This document shows, one piece after another, positions 1-9,372 of a stretch of DNA of 30,216 nucleotides. The stretch spans positions 1-30,216 of the IMG/VR virus record IMGVR_UViG_3300038461_000310; one strand, 5' to 3'. Source of the stretch: a virus. Its lineage: Duplodnaviria; Caudoviricetes. The first letter of the stretch is position 1; every line of letters begins with the position of its first letter. A program made the position numbers and the translations under genes. The notes under the pieces were generated by a model that was not told the DNA's origin, did no database searches, and saw nothing but the letters and a program-made list of their open reading frames with translations.

Positions 1-69
1 CGACAAACGGAATGTGGGCTGGACAAAGCAAGCACCTTTCAATGTCATCATCTTTAACCATGTGGTCAT
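1..69 (-). CDS. 5' end of a hypothetical protein running off the window (MTTWLKMMTLKGACFVQPTFRLS...)
   Basis: ATG at 69 preceded by GAAAGGA, 30 nt after the stop of the 2074-aa gene; open to the window edge. Confidence 0.5.
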   Translation of the reverse strand, partial: MTTWLKMMTLKGACFVQPTFRLS

Positions 70-99
70 TTTGTCCTTTCGTGGCCTTTTTATTCTATC

Positions 100-3000
100 T
101 CACTTCGACAATTCCCGCCTGATCTCTTCCAGCTTCGGGAGAGCCTTGGACCTCTCTTCCGGGCTCCGGCTGTTCCAGAAGTGGCGGAAGATTGTCGGCC
201 CGATTTTCTTCTTTTCTTCCTGATTCGCTTTCTCCCATATCCGAAGGGATTCTGTCAAGCTCAAATGGCCAACGGTTTGCTCCAGGGGTTCGTTGGTGAT
301 CCGGCGCTGGAACTTCTTTACATCGGAAGATTGCAGCTTCCCCGCCTTCACGGCGGATGCCACTGAATCCATGATCGGCTTGGTGGGCGCCCCGGACCTC
401 TGGGCATCCAGGAACTCTTTGGACTTCTGCTTCAGGAGCTTGTACCGCTCAAACTCCGCCTTGCTTCGTCCCCCTGTGGGGAGCTTCTCCGCGGCGATCT
501 CCGTGGCAAGTTGTTGGGCCGGAGACTTCTCAATCCAGTAAGGGGCCTTGGTCCCCCCGAGGAACCCGGTGATCGACCGCGCCGTACCCTGCCCCTCTTC
601 GCTCATTCTCTGCCAGGTGGAGAAAGAGAAGGGCAATGGGACCAGGTGAATCATATCGTCGATCCTCTGATTCAAAACATTGTCATCCGGGTCATGGACT
701 TTGACCCCATAAAAATCTTTGTTGTTCAGGACCTCTCCCAGCCGACCAATCCACCCAGACATCGAGCTCGTCACATATTTGATCGGAGAATGGGCGACAT
801 GGAACAGATCCCGCATGTAGGTCGGAAGGGAGATCCGGTCTCCCTGCTCGTTGATCTTGGGGTAAACCATATCCTTCCACTCTTCCGGTCCCTTCCCGGT
901 GAAGGCATACTGAGCGATCGAGGCGAGCGCCGTGGTGGTGGCCAGGAGGCCCCAGGACCAGGCCATTTCCTGTGTCAGCTTCGGCATCCGTCCTTCTCGA
1001 AGAGCGTTGACCAGCTCCGCCGATTGCCCGGTGATCGCATTACCGTAAGCCCGGATGTTTCCCATCTTCCAGGTGACTGAACGGGTAAGCATCTGAAGGG
1101 AGGTCTTGAAATTCCGGTCCCAGAAGAGGTTATCGAAATTCATCTCTCCAAACCGGTTCTCCACAAAATCCCACACACTCCGGGCCAGCTCTCCCCGGGT
1201 CGTCTTGCCCGCATCGATGTCCGCCCTCTTGGCCGACAGTTCATTCGAGAATTCCTTCATGAAGAGGCCCCATTTCAACTTGGGGATGTAGTTCTCGAAG
1301 AGGGGCTTCATCATCATTTCGTTCAAAGCGGGGATGGACCGGAGGCCAGCTCCGATGTAATTCTTTGACTTTAGATTTGCCTGAAAGGTCTTCAGGGAGT
1401 TTATCCGGTAATCCTCGTGCATCCCCAGCTTTCCGCCGGCGCCGAAGAGGTCATCGATCATCTCCGCCGCCCCGGGGTACTTCTGGATGAAGTCCTGCCC
1501 CTTGACGGTCTGTAGGAATTCTTGGGGGTTGGCAAAATATTTCATGGCCGCGCCCCCCTCCTTGGCCATCTTGATGGCCGCCAAGGGAGCCTTGAGCATG
1601 TCCACCAGGCCCTCTTCGACCTTTCCTTGATTCCACACCTTCCTCAATCCAAGGCCGAATTGCGAGGACACCGCCTCCAGGGTTTCAAAAGCGAAGTGGA
1701 AAGGAGAAAGGCTCAACTCCATCGCCGTGCTGACGTTTTTCCAGAACATGAGGCCGGAGCCGATCGGGGATTCCCGGAGGTAATCCCGGCCAAGGTAATT
1801 GTTCAGGAGGCGGGCCGCGTTCTCTTCGACGTACCATTCCCCGGCCTGCACCATCCCAAAGTCTCTCCCCTTTCTCTCCGCGGTGACGGTGCGCTCCGGG
1901 AATTCCATCTTGAGGTCCACCGGGCGTTCTTTGGCCGGGAAGAAGACTTTGGCTATTTTGTCGTTCAGCTTGGAGAATCCCGTGGGAGCCTGCTCGCCCT
2001 TCCTCACGAATACTCGAGCCCCGATGTCCTTCAGACCGCTCCACATCTCCTGAGTGGATATGAATTTCAGGGCGTCCCGGTAGTGCATCTCCATGAGCTC
2101 CATCGGATTATAGGAGAAAGGTATTCCGCCCGCCTTAATGCCTTCAGAAAGGGTCGGATAAATCATTTGTTTGAAATATCCCTTCGAACCCTCAAGGTTT
2201 CTTCTACTGAGCCAATGCTTGAATTCCTCTTCGGTACGTCCAGGGATTACCTTCCACATCAGCCGTAAATGGTTCTCGATCCAATTCATGTCCGGCTTGT
2301 ATTTTCGGTACTGCTCCCCGATATCCCGGTCCAGGTCCCGGATGAACTGGTCCATTTGCTGAAGCCGGGGGGTCTCCTGGGGAGTCCCGGTTTTGACGTT
2401 ATCGATGAATTTAATCAGATCCGCTTGAGGCATCGCGGCAAATTCCTTGGTCATGTTCTGATTGACGCGATCGACCATGAATTCGGAAATCTTCCGCTCC
2501 ATGTATCCCTTGCGGTCCATGATCAGGTCCAGGATCTTCGTGGGGACCCCGTGCCGGGGAACAGCGGCATGGACGATGCCCGAGATCGTCTTCCCGAGGC
2601 CCTCCTTAAATTGGTAGGCCTTGGGGATGATATCCTCATCTTTGAATCTTTTGGCCGTGTCTCCGGCAACCGATTGGAGGTTGGGGAAATTCTGGGCTAC
2701 ATCCTGCAGGGTGTGGGGTTGGCCTCCAAGGGTTATGGTGGGCTCTGCCATTGGTCCAGGGCCTTTTCTCAGGTGCTCTTGAGCCTTGGAGATGGTGCTA
2801 CGGAGCTGCTCATCGGTCAGGTCTTTTGCCCATTTCCCCCCGGACAGCTTGTAAATCGCATCCCGGAGGAGAGCGTAGAACTTTTCGAGCATCGAGGGAT
2901 TCGTGTGATTCTCAGCCATGAGGGCAATCTTTTCCCACGCCGCCGTCCCCCTCCCTTCGGCGGTATCCAGGTCGAGGCCCCATCTTTTAGCGATATCGGC

Positions 3001-6000
3001 CATCCCGCTTTTTCCGGAGGAATTGAAAACTCGTTTAAGAAATTTTCCCAACTCCGCATCGGTGAGCATGGCATCAAGGGCGTAGTGGCCCAGCATCTCG
3101 TGGCGGATAACTTCGCCCACCCGCCTCAGGTCCCCCATCCGGCTAGAGATGACGTAGATGGTTTTCCCGTCCCTGGAGTACATGGCCTCGGTCGAAGGGC
3201 CTGCCGCTTCTCTCGCCCCCGGAGGAAGCTCCGCAATACTGTCGATGATCTTCACCGCGGGGGCACCCTTCAGCCCCTTCAATTCCTGATCGACTGCGCC
3301 CTGAATTTGGTTTCTCCATTCTGCCAGTTCTGGTCTGGGTCCTTCGGTCCCTTCTCCCTGCGATAAGAGCGTCCCTTGCGCCTTCTTCTCCCCGGGAAAC
3401 AAGCCCTGGTCGGTCATGCGCTCGGCCTTGCCCTTGGTCTTCGCTTCCCCTCGGGCTTTGGCCTCTTCCGCGAAAGAACGCATGATCTGATTGAACTGCT
3501 CAGGGTTGGTTTCGGAGAGCTTCTGTAGCCGGGCTATTTCCGGATCGGAGACGCCGAAGGCCTTCAGGGATTTGATCTCCTGGGCGTTGAGCTCTCGTGC
3601 TTGGGGCTTCAGGGGCATTTCGGAACGGAGAGTCATAACAGCCTGAGTTTTCGCAATTTTAGAAAGGCTTATTTCCTCCGCCGATTGCGTTCTGGCGATT
3701 GCGTTGTAGACCTTCTCCGCTTTTTTCAAAGCCTCCTGATCCCATTCGGACTTTCTGCCACCAGAATCAACAACCCTTCCCTGAAGAGAAATATCTTCTG
3801 CGCTTCCTCCCCAACGGAAAAAGGCGAGTGTCCTATCTTCCTTCCCCTGCGTGAAGTGGTTGTAGAGTCGCTGGAGATTGTCAGTTACTTCTCTTCCCCA
3901 ATTTTTTAACCGCTCAGAAGTGGAATAAACCCCCGTTGCTCGATCATGGATTCCAAGCGCGTCAAGGGCCTTCTCTGCTTCTCCTTTTGCCAGCCCACTT
4001 CCTTTGATTGCGGCTTCTCTCCACTTCGAAAGGTCTACGCGGTCGATCCGGTCTCTATCCCCATAGAGCATTCGAAGTTGAGATAATTCATCCGGAGAGA
4101 TTTTACTTGCAGGGGGTTCGACGCCCATCTTTTGATATTCTTCGGGGAAGAGGGGAGCCTTACTGACCGCATCCCACCCGTATTTTTTAGTAAGGGTATC
4201 CTCAAGGTCATCGATCCTCTTTTGCGCTTCTTCGCTCGTTTTCGGCTTTGAAACCTCCTTGGGTCCCTCAGATCGGAGGAAACCGAAGGCCTCTTTCTGC
4301 TTTTCTTCTTCGGTCTCTACGGCTTTGTCCAGCTTCTCTTTCTCTCCCCTGGCCGGAGGCTCAATCCCGGGAATCTCCGGTCCCCGCACCTGCTTCACCA
4401 GCTCGGGGTCGCTGTACCACTTCGACCAGCGGACGATCTGGTTCTGGATGTCCTTGACCTTCTTTTGAACTCCCTGGGGATCCTGGATGTCCACCCCGTA
4501 TTTCTTTGCTATCTCCGGCCGCTTGCTGGCTCCCCTGATTGCGTTGAGCTGCTCGCGGAGGCTTTTGACGATCTCGGACACCCGAGCAGCGTCATTCTCT
4601 GCCTGGAGGATGGCCTTGTCGTTGAACTTGAAAAGCCCACCCTGCTCCTGTGGGACTCCTGCACCCTCGGGGGCCAACTTCAAGGCATTCATGAAGGACT
4701 CGATCAGGAGGGGGTCGGCCTTCGGGTTCTTGAGAGAGTACGCTACCCCCGCGTTTTGGAGGGATTCGTCTTTCGGAGCTGTGGCCGATATAGCTTCAGC
4801 GGCATCCGACGTGATTTTTCGATTTCGGAATAGGGTATAGGTCCCATCCGTAGCGAACTTGCCAATGGCGAAACCTTTTCCCGCAAGACCTCGTTTGCGG
4901 GCGTCTGCTTCGTCGTATCCGTCGGTGAGCCGGAAGTATTCTGCGTGGTCATAGACCGTCCCCTTTCCATCAAGGATGTTTGCCTCGGCGGCCTTCTGCC
5001 GGGCGTCCTGCATGGTGAACCCGTCCACTTCGCGGACGACCTGAGCGTTGAGGGTGGTGTCCGGGTTGATGCTCTTGGCATGGGCAACCCTGTGATGCCC
5101 GTTGGCCACGAAAAGAGTGCCGTCCTTTCGCTCCCAGAGAAGGACCAGGCCGGCCGCCGCTTCGTTCCATTCCCCTTCCAGGGGTTTTTGGACCCCCTGC
5201 TCATCCACGTCCTTCTTGAATTGGAGGCCCTTAACGTCCGTCTGGACGTCCCCGGCGCGAACCTGGCGGATAGGGATCTTCCGGGTATCCGCTGCCCCGG
5301 CCATCGGCTTCCCGGGTTCATCCGGGCCCGTGTTCGGTTTATCTCCCACCGGAGGAGGCGGGGGAAGGTCCGGCTCTTCTGCCTCTTTTTTAGGCACTTC
5401 CGGGGTTGGGGGTGAAACCTTTTCCGGGGCTGGGGTCTGCTCTTTTGTGGGGAAGGTCTGCTTCTGCCCGAAAAGGTCGGGTTGGTCTCCGAGATTTGGG
5501 GAAACCCCTGGTTCCAGGGGTGTTTCTTTAGGGGATAATCCCTCTCCCGTAGGTCCCGGACGAGGGGGTAAACGCCCCTCCCGTAGAGCCTCCGGGAGCG
5601 CAGGAGGCACTTTCTCTCCTGGGGGCTTGGTCTTACCCTTCCCCCCCATAAGTCCCATCCCAGCCCCGATTACGGCGGAAGGGATGCCTTCTTTGAAAGC
5701 CGGTCCAGCCGGGAGTCCTTGACGTAGATTCTCGATCACGTTCTGGCCGCCAAAGGTCGCCGCCATTCCAGCGGCCCGCTTCAGCCTACCAAGGGGATGC
5801 AGAGCTTCCAAAATGCCACCTGTGGCCGCTCCTTCCAGTCCTCTCTCCAGGGCCTTCTTTCCCCCTTCGGGAGACGCCTGCAGGGCCTCCACGCCCCCGA
5901 ATCCGGCGATGTTACCGATTGCCCGGGCTGTTCTTGCTCCCACCCCCAGGGCTTTCAAAGGGGCGGTCACCGCGGCCGAGGGGCCAAGATAGGTCGGGAT

Positions 6001-6324
6001 GGTGGGGAGAGCCTGGCCAGCTCCATAGGCGATCTTGTGGGGGATATCCAACCCGGGAACTTCCTCTTGGGGTAGGAAGGTATTCTTCAGGACCTTTTCG
6101 GCTTTGCGCATGGTCGGGGCAGGCCTTCCCGCCAGCTCGGAAAGATCGGCGCCGAGCTCGGGGATCATCCCCACCCCGTGCATGAATCCGGCCCCTGCCG
6201 TGCGAAGGTAGCCGGGTTGGGAGGTGGTCCCCCCGCCGGATGTGCGGGGGTCGGAATCAACATGCTCCCATCCACCTTCTGTTTGCCGGGGGTCGGAATC
6301 GACATGCTCCCAAGAGGTCGCCAT
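100..6324 (-). CDS. Large polyvalent / internal virion (DNA-ejection) protein, 2074 aa, with ParB-like domain and zincin-like metallopeptidase motif
   Basis: Very long ORF with AGGGAGG RBS. Gly/Ala-rich N-terminus typical of podovirus ejection proteins, ParB-like 'LFVANGHHRVAHA' (~5090-5103), 'RHEMLGHY' (3085-3102) and a long helical C-terminus. It is the last gene of the structural module. Confidence 0.75.
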   Translation of the reverse strand: MATSWEHVDSDPRQTEGGWEHVDSDPRTSGGGTTSQPGYLRTAGAGFMHGVGMIPELGADLSELAGRPAPTMRKAEKVLKNTFLPQEEVPGLDIPHKIAYGAGQALPTIPTYLGPSAAVTAPLKALGVGARTARAIGNIAGFGGVEALQASPEGGKKALERGLEGAATGGILEALHPLGRLKRAAGMAATFGGQNVIENLRQGLPAGPAFKEGIPSAVIGAGMGLMGGKGKTKPPGEKVPPALPEALREGRLPPRPGPTGEGLSPKETPLEPGVSPNLGDQPDLFGQKQTFPTKEQTPAPEKVSPPTPEVPKKEAEEPDLPPPPPVGDKPNTGPDEPGKPMAGAADTRKIPIRQVRAGDVQTDVKGLQFKKDVDEQGVQKPLEGEWNEAAAGLVLLWERKDGTLFVANGHHRVAHAKSINPDTTLNAQVVREVDGFTMQDARQKAAEANILDGKGTVYDHAEYFRLTDGYDEADARKRGLAGKGFAIGKFATDGTYTLFRNRKITSDAAEAISATAPKDESLQNAGVAYSLKNPKADPLLIESFMNALKLAPEGAGVPQEQGGLFKFNDKAILQAENDAARVSEIVKSLREQLNAIRGASKRPEIAKKYGVDIQDPQGVQKKVKDIQNQIVRWSKWYSDPELVKQVRGPEIPGIEPPARGEKEKLDKAVETEEEKQKEAFGFLRSEGPKEVSKPKTSEEAQKRIDDLEDTLTKKYGWDAVSKAPLFPEEYQKMGVEPPASKISPDELSQLRMLYGDRDRIDRVDLSKWREAAIKGSGLAKGEAEKALDALGIHDRATGVYSTSERLKNWGREVTDNLQRLYNHFTQGKEDRTLAFFRWGGSAEDISLQGRVVDSGGRKSEWDQEALKKAEKVYNAIARTQSAEEISLSKIAKTQAVMTLRSEMPLKPQARELNAQEIKSLKAFGVSDPEIARLQKLSETNPEQFNQIMRSFAEEAKARGEAKTKGKAERMTDQGLFPGEKKAQGTLLSQGEGTEGPRPELAEWRNQIQGAVDQELKGLKGAPAVKIIDSIAELPPGAREAAGPSTEAMYSRDGKTIYVISSRMGDLRRVGEVIRHEMLGHYALDAMLTDAELGKFLKRVFNSSGKSGMADIAKRWGLDLDTAEGRGTAAWEKIALMAENHTNPSMLEKFYALLRDAIYKLSGGKWAKDLTDEQLRSTISKAQEHLRKGPGPMAEPTITLGGQPHTLQDVAQNFPNLQSVAGDTAKRFKDEDIIPKAYQFKEGLGKTISGIVHAAVPRHGVPTKILDLIMDRKGYMERKISEFMVDRVNQNMTKEFAAMPQADLIKFIDNVKTGTPQETPRLQQMDQFIRDLDRDIGEQYRKYKPDMNWIENHLRLMWKVIPGRTEEEFKHWLSRRNLEGSKGYFKQMIYPTLSEGIKAGGIPFSYNPMELMEMHYRDALKFISTQEMWSGLKDIGARVFVRKGEQAPTGFSKLNDKIAKVFFPAKERPVDLKMEFPERTVTAERKGRDFGMVQAGEWYVEENAARLLNNYLGRDYLRESPIGSGLMFWKNVSTAMELSLSPFHFAFETLEAVSSQFGLGLRKVWNQGKVEEGLVDMLKAPLAAIKMAKEGGAAMKYFANPQEFLQTVKGQDFIQKYPGAAEMIDDLFGAGGKLGMHEDYRINSLKTFQANLKSKNYIGAGLRSIPALNEMMMKPLFENYIPKLKWGLFMKEFSNELSAKRADIDAGKTTRGELARSVWDFVENRFGEMNFDNLFWDRNFKTSLQMLTRSVTWKMGNIRAYGNAITGQSAELVNALREGRMPKLTQEMAWSWGLLATTTALASIAQYAFTGKGPEEWKDMVYPKINEQGDRISLPTYMRDLFHVAHSPIKYVTSSMSGWIGRLGEVLNNKDFYGVKVHDPDDNVLNQRIDDMIHLVPLPFSFSTWQRMSEEGQGTARSITGFLGGTKAPYWIEKSPAQQLATEIAAEKLPTGGRSKAEFERYKLLKQKSKEFLDAQRSGAPTKPIMDSVASAVKAGKLQSSDVKKFQRRITNEPLEQTVGHLSLTESLRIWEKANQEEKKKIGPTIFRHFWNSRSPEERSKALPKLEEIRRELSK
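6245..6312. repeat. Two-copy 26-nt direct repeat (period 42) encoding WEHVDSDPR twice
   Basis: cgggggtcggaatc(a/g)acatgctccca at 6245-6270 and 6287-6312. Confidence 0.9.
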
Positions 6325-6335
6325 TGTCTGCCTCC

Positions 6336-8456
6336 CTACTGTTGAACCTTTCTGCGCTGGAATCCACCTTGCGGGTCGCGCCGGTACTCATAGCCACCAT
6401 GGACAAACGGCTGGTTTTCTCCCTCCATTTTTTTGAGGTACTCCCGATACGGCTGCGCGATCTGCTCTGGAATCTGCCCGCCGTCGGCCCTTCTCACGAT
6501 TTCTTGAGCCGCTCCGGGCATGTCGATGGACTTGTTCCCCTGGATGTCTGTCGTCATATACCGCTGCTCGATCTGCCCCATGGTCATCTGTAGAATTTGC
6601 ATCTCTCTCCACGAATCCCTGCTCTGTTTACCCTCCATCATGGTTGCCATCCGCATTTTGGTTTGCTCCACGAGGCCCAGCCAATGAAGCTGATTGGCTT
6701 GCGCCTGGAGGCCGGCCTTGCGGTATTCGTCGGCCCTGGAGAGGAAATTATTCACTGTCCCCTCCATCTCTTTCATCGAGCGGCCCTCCCCGGACGTTGC
6801 TCCCATGGGGGTCATGAGCATTCCGCCGCCCCACGGCCCACCTGCTTCTGACATTCTGGCAATCTGCCTATCATGGGGTCCCGGGGGTATCCCTGTCCCT
6901 CCTTCACCTTCTCTCATCGTCCCAAGGTCTTTGGGAGCGAACCATTGGGAATAAGCCTTGTTGCCCTTGATCACCTGGACGGTGCGCCCTCCGGAGGGTA
7001 AATCTTCGGAAGGGACGATCCCGCCCTGGTAGGATGCCCGGTTGAATTGCTCTCCGAATCTGTCCGGAGGATCGGGGATGTCCTGCAGGTGACTAAGAAC
7101 GTCCCCTTCGGGATTACCCGCCGGTCCTCTCACGGCGAGAGATGTTGACCCTCCCCCGCGTCCCCCCAGGTAGGGTGCTGGAGTCTTGGCCGGGGGGTTG
7201 GGTGATGCCGCCCCATGCGAAGGAGCAAGGTCCGAACCTGAATCTTTCGGCTGTGGTGCGGGGGGCAAGAAACCCCGTATCGGAGCCATCAATCCTTCCC
7301 CGATCGCCTTTACCCCTCCCCAGGGGTCTCCTCCGGTACGGGTCGGGGCCGCTGGTGTTTCCGGGAGCATACCGGTCCGATGAGGATTCAGTCTTTGTCT
7401 CCAGGTGGGTTGCACCGGATCCACTTCTCCGCCTTCCGCCCTGGCAAACATCGGAGTGGTCGGAAATACATAAGGGGGACGCTCAACCGGATAGACAGAA
7501 CCCCCTTCCTTCATGGGGAACACAGGGAAGGACGAACTTCCACCCCCGGCGAAGCTCGGGGCCACCGGTCCCCCAAACTGCCGCGAAGAATAATTCCACA
7601 TCCCTTCCGAGGAGTAGGGGTCAACGGCAAAAGTAGGAATTGGAGGTTTGCGGGCGCTATCATCTGACCCCGGCTGGAATGGCGAAGGAGGGAGTGCACG
7701 CCGTTCAAACCCGAAAGGGCTGATCGAAGATCCGCTGAAAGGCGTGGGGCCTTTTCGCTCCCATGAGAAGGGGGATAGTGGAGACCCAGAAAAACCCGTA
7801 TCCGGGGGAGCGGGAGCCGCCGGTGCGCCTCCTTGATCCGGGAGAGATGGAGAAACCGGTCCTCCTTCCTGCCTGGGAGCCATGGGAAGGCCTCCCCCTG
7901 CTTGATTCGCCTGATTGGGTATAACTTCACCCGGAGCCGTCGGAAAGTAGTACCCAGGGGCCGTTACGGTCTCAGGATTGCCATCTTCGGCCACGGTGTA
8001 GCCGTGAGAGGGGGCCATACCCCCTCCCTCCGGTGATGGCGGCCCGCCGGGGTTCCTGCCGGGAGGGGCCGAGGGGGGCAAACCCCCTCCTTCTCCCCCT
8101 TGGGGGATGCCGAGAGCTTTTCTTCCCAGGTCCACAAGAAACTGCGCCACATATTCCGGGACCGAACTGAGCTGCCCCATGCTGATCGATTCAGCCGGCT
8201 TGGGGGATGGCATAGGTCCGGATCCGGAAGGCGGGGGTCCAGGGGGACCCCCTCTTTGTGGTAGGCCTGGGGGCCCTGCCTGGCCTGCAGGACCACCAGG
8301 AGGGGCCGGTGGTAAGGCGGCCCCGGGGGATGAAAAAGGACCCGAAGGGGTGCTGGTCTCCCCCATTCCCGGGGGAACACCGGCGCCCTGGAGCATCTGC
8401 CGGGCATGACTTTGAGCCCTGGAAACCAACTCCGGATGAATATATCCGCTTGCCAT
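6336..8456 (-). CDS. Pro/Gly-rich putative DNA-ejection (pilot) protein, 706 aa
   Basis: Long ORF abutting both neighbours, low complexity, repeated R-x-x-GG-x-V motifs, helical C-terminus; directly upstream of the polyvalent protein. Confidence 0.6.
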   Translation of the reverse strand: MASGYIHPELVSRAQSHARQMLQGAGVPPGMGETSTPSGPFSSPGAALPPAPPGGPAGQAGPPGLPQRGGPPGPPPSGSGPMPSPKPAESISMGQLSSVPEYVAQFLVDLGRKALGIPQGGEGGGLPPSAPPGRNPGGPPSPEGGGMAPSHGYTVAEDGNPETVTAPGYYFPTAPGEVIPNQANQAGGGLPMAPRQEGGPVSPSLPDQGGAPAAPAPPDTGFSGSPLSPFSWERKGPTPFSGSSISPFGFERRALPPSPFQPGSDDSARKPPIPTFAVDPYSSEGMWNYSSRQFGGPVAPSFAGGGSSSFPVFPMKEGGSVYPVERPPYVFPTTPMFARAEGGEVDPVQPTWRQRLNPHRTGMLPETPAAPTRTGGDPWGGVKAIGEGLMAPIRGFLPPAPQPKDSGSDLAPSHGAASPNPPAKTPAPYLGGRGGGSTSLAVRGPAGNPEGDVLSHLQDIPDPPDRFGEQFNRASYQGGIVPSEDLPSGGRTVQVIKGNKAYSQWFAPKDLGTMREGEGGTGIPPGPHDRQIARMSEAGGPWGGGMLMTPMGATSGEGRSMKEMEGTVNNFLSRADEYRKAGLQAQANQLHWLGLVEQTKMRMATMMEGKQSRDSWREMQILQMTMGQIEQRYMTTDIQGNKSIDMPGAAQEIVRRADGGQIPEQIAQPYREYLKKMEGENQPFVHGGYEYRRDPQGGFQRRKVQQ

Positions 8457-8467
8457 AAGAAGCCCCC

Positions 8468-9343
8468 TTATCCTCCCTGATTGATGTTAATTCGCGTTTC
8501 TACGGATGCGGACACACTTTCGCTTTCGCTGATGCTGGTTGACACGGAAGCGCCCAGATTTTCGTTAGCTGAAACGTGGGCCCCAAGACTCACGTTCAGG
8601 TTCATCATGGCGATTGCCGATGCCGCCAGCCGGGCATGAGCTTCGACAAAGGCCACCCCCTTGCCGTGCAATAGCTTTGCCGCCTCAATCGCAGCCTGGA
8701 GGACAACCTGGGCTTTCTGGATGGATACGGATGCCCGGGTCTTGGCCGCTTCCAGGGAACGGGTCTGGAGGGCATCGTAGAGTTTGGACATCATGTTTTC
8801 GATCTCCAGGGCCTTCGTCCATGCGAACTGCTTCCCCTGCCAGTAGAGGTCGGCCCTCTTCAGGGAGATGTCTCGGTTCACGCTGGAAATCTTTTGAGCT
8901 GAGGCCTCCACCGTCCGCTCAATCGCCTTATTGAGGACTCCGGGAGGTACGGGGAACCCGCTCACGGCGAACTGCCGCTTGACCTCTTCCGTGCCCGCTT
9001 GCGCGTTCACCTGCTCCCGGTCCCTCTCCCGGTTCCACAGGTCGGCTTCATCCTGGGGTTCCAGGCCGTACACCCCGTTCTCGATCTCATCGGCCACCTT
9101 TGCGGCCACCTGGCTTTCCAAAGCGGAGGAATAGAGGGTATCGGTCGGAGCGGTGAAGTCCTCCATCGCCGGGACGGTGATCGTCGGATCTTCGATCGTC
9201 CCAAGAAGGCCGAGGAGTTGGTTCACCAGGGACAGGGATTGATTGATGATGGTGTAGGCGTCCTGCTCCATCGTGTCCCATTCGGGCTGGAACGATTTGG
9301 TTATGGCATCGACATTGAATCCTCCCAGGCTGACGGTGCTCAT
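8468..9343 (-). CDS. Putative internal virion protein, 291 aa
   Basis: GGAGG RBS; helical protein with 'LWNRERDRE...FAVSGFPVPPG' segment of a kind seen in phage virion proteins; synteny. Confidence 0.6.
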   Translation of the reverse strand: MSTVSLGGFNVDAITKSFQPEWDTMEQDAYTIINQSLSLVNQLLGLLGTIEDPTITVPAMEDFTAPTDTLYSSALESQVAAKVADEIENGVYGLEPQDEADLWNRERDREQVNAQAGTEEVKRQFAVSGFPVPPGVLNKAIERTVEASAQKISSVNRDISLKRADLYWQGKQFAWTKALEIENMMSKLYDALQTRSLEAAKTRASVSIQKAQVVLQAAIEAAKLLHGKGVAFVEAHARLAASAIAMMNLNVSLGAHVSANENLGASVSTSISESESVSASVETRININQGG

Positions 9344-9372
9344 CTTAACCCTCCCTCTTGCCCCAGTTCTTA

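Noticed and set aside
511-3366. Long plus-strand ORFs (189, 248 and 365 aa)
   Set aside because: They are antisense to the 2074-aa gene, as expected with GC-rich codon usage, and have no recognisable motifs.
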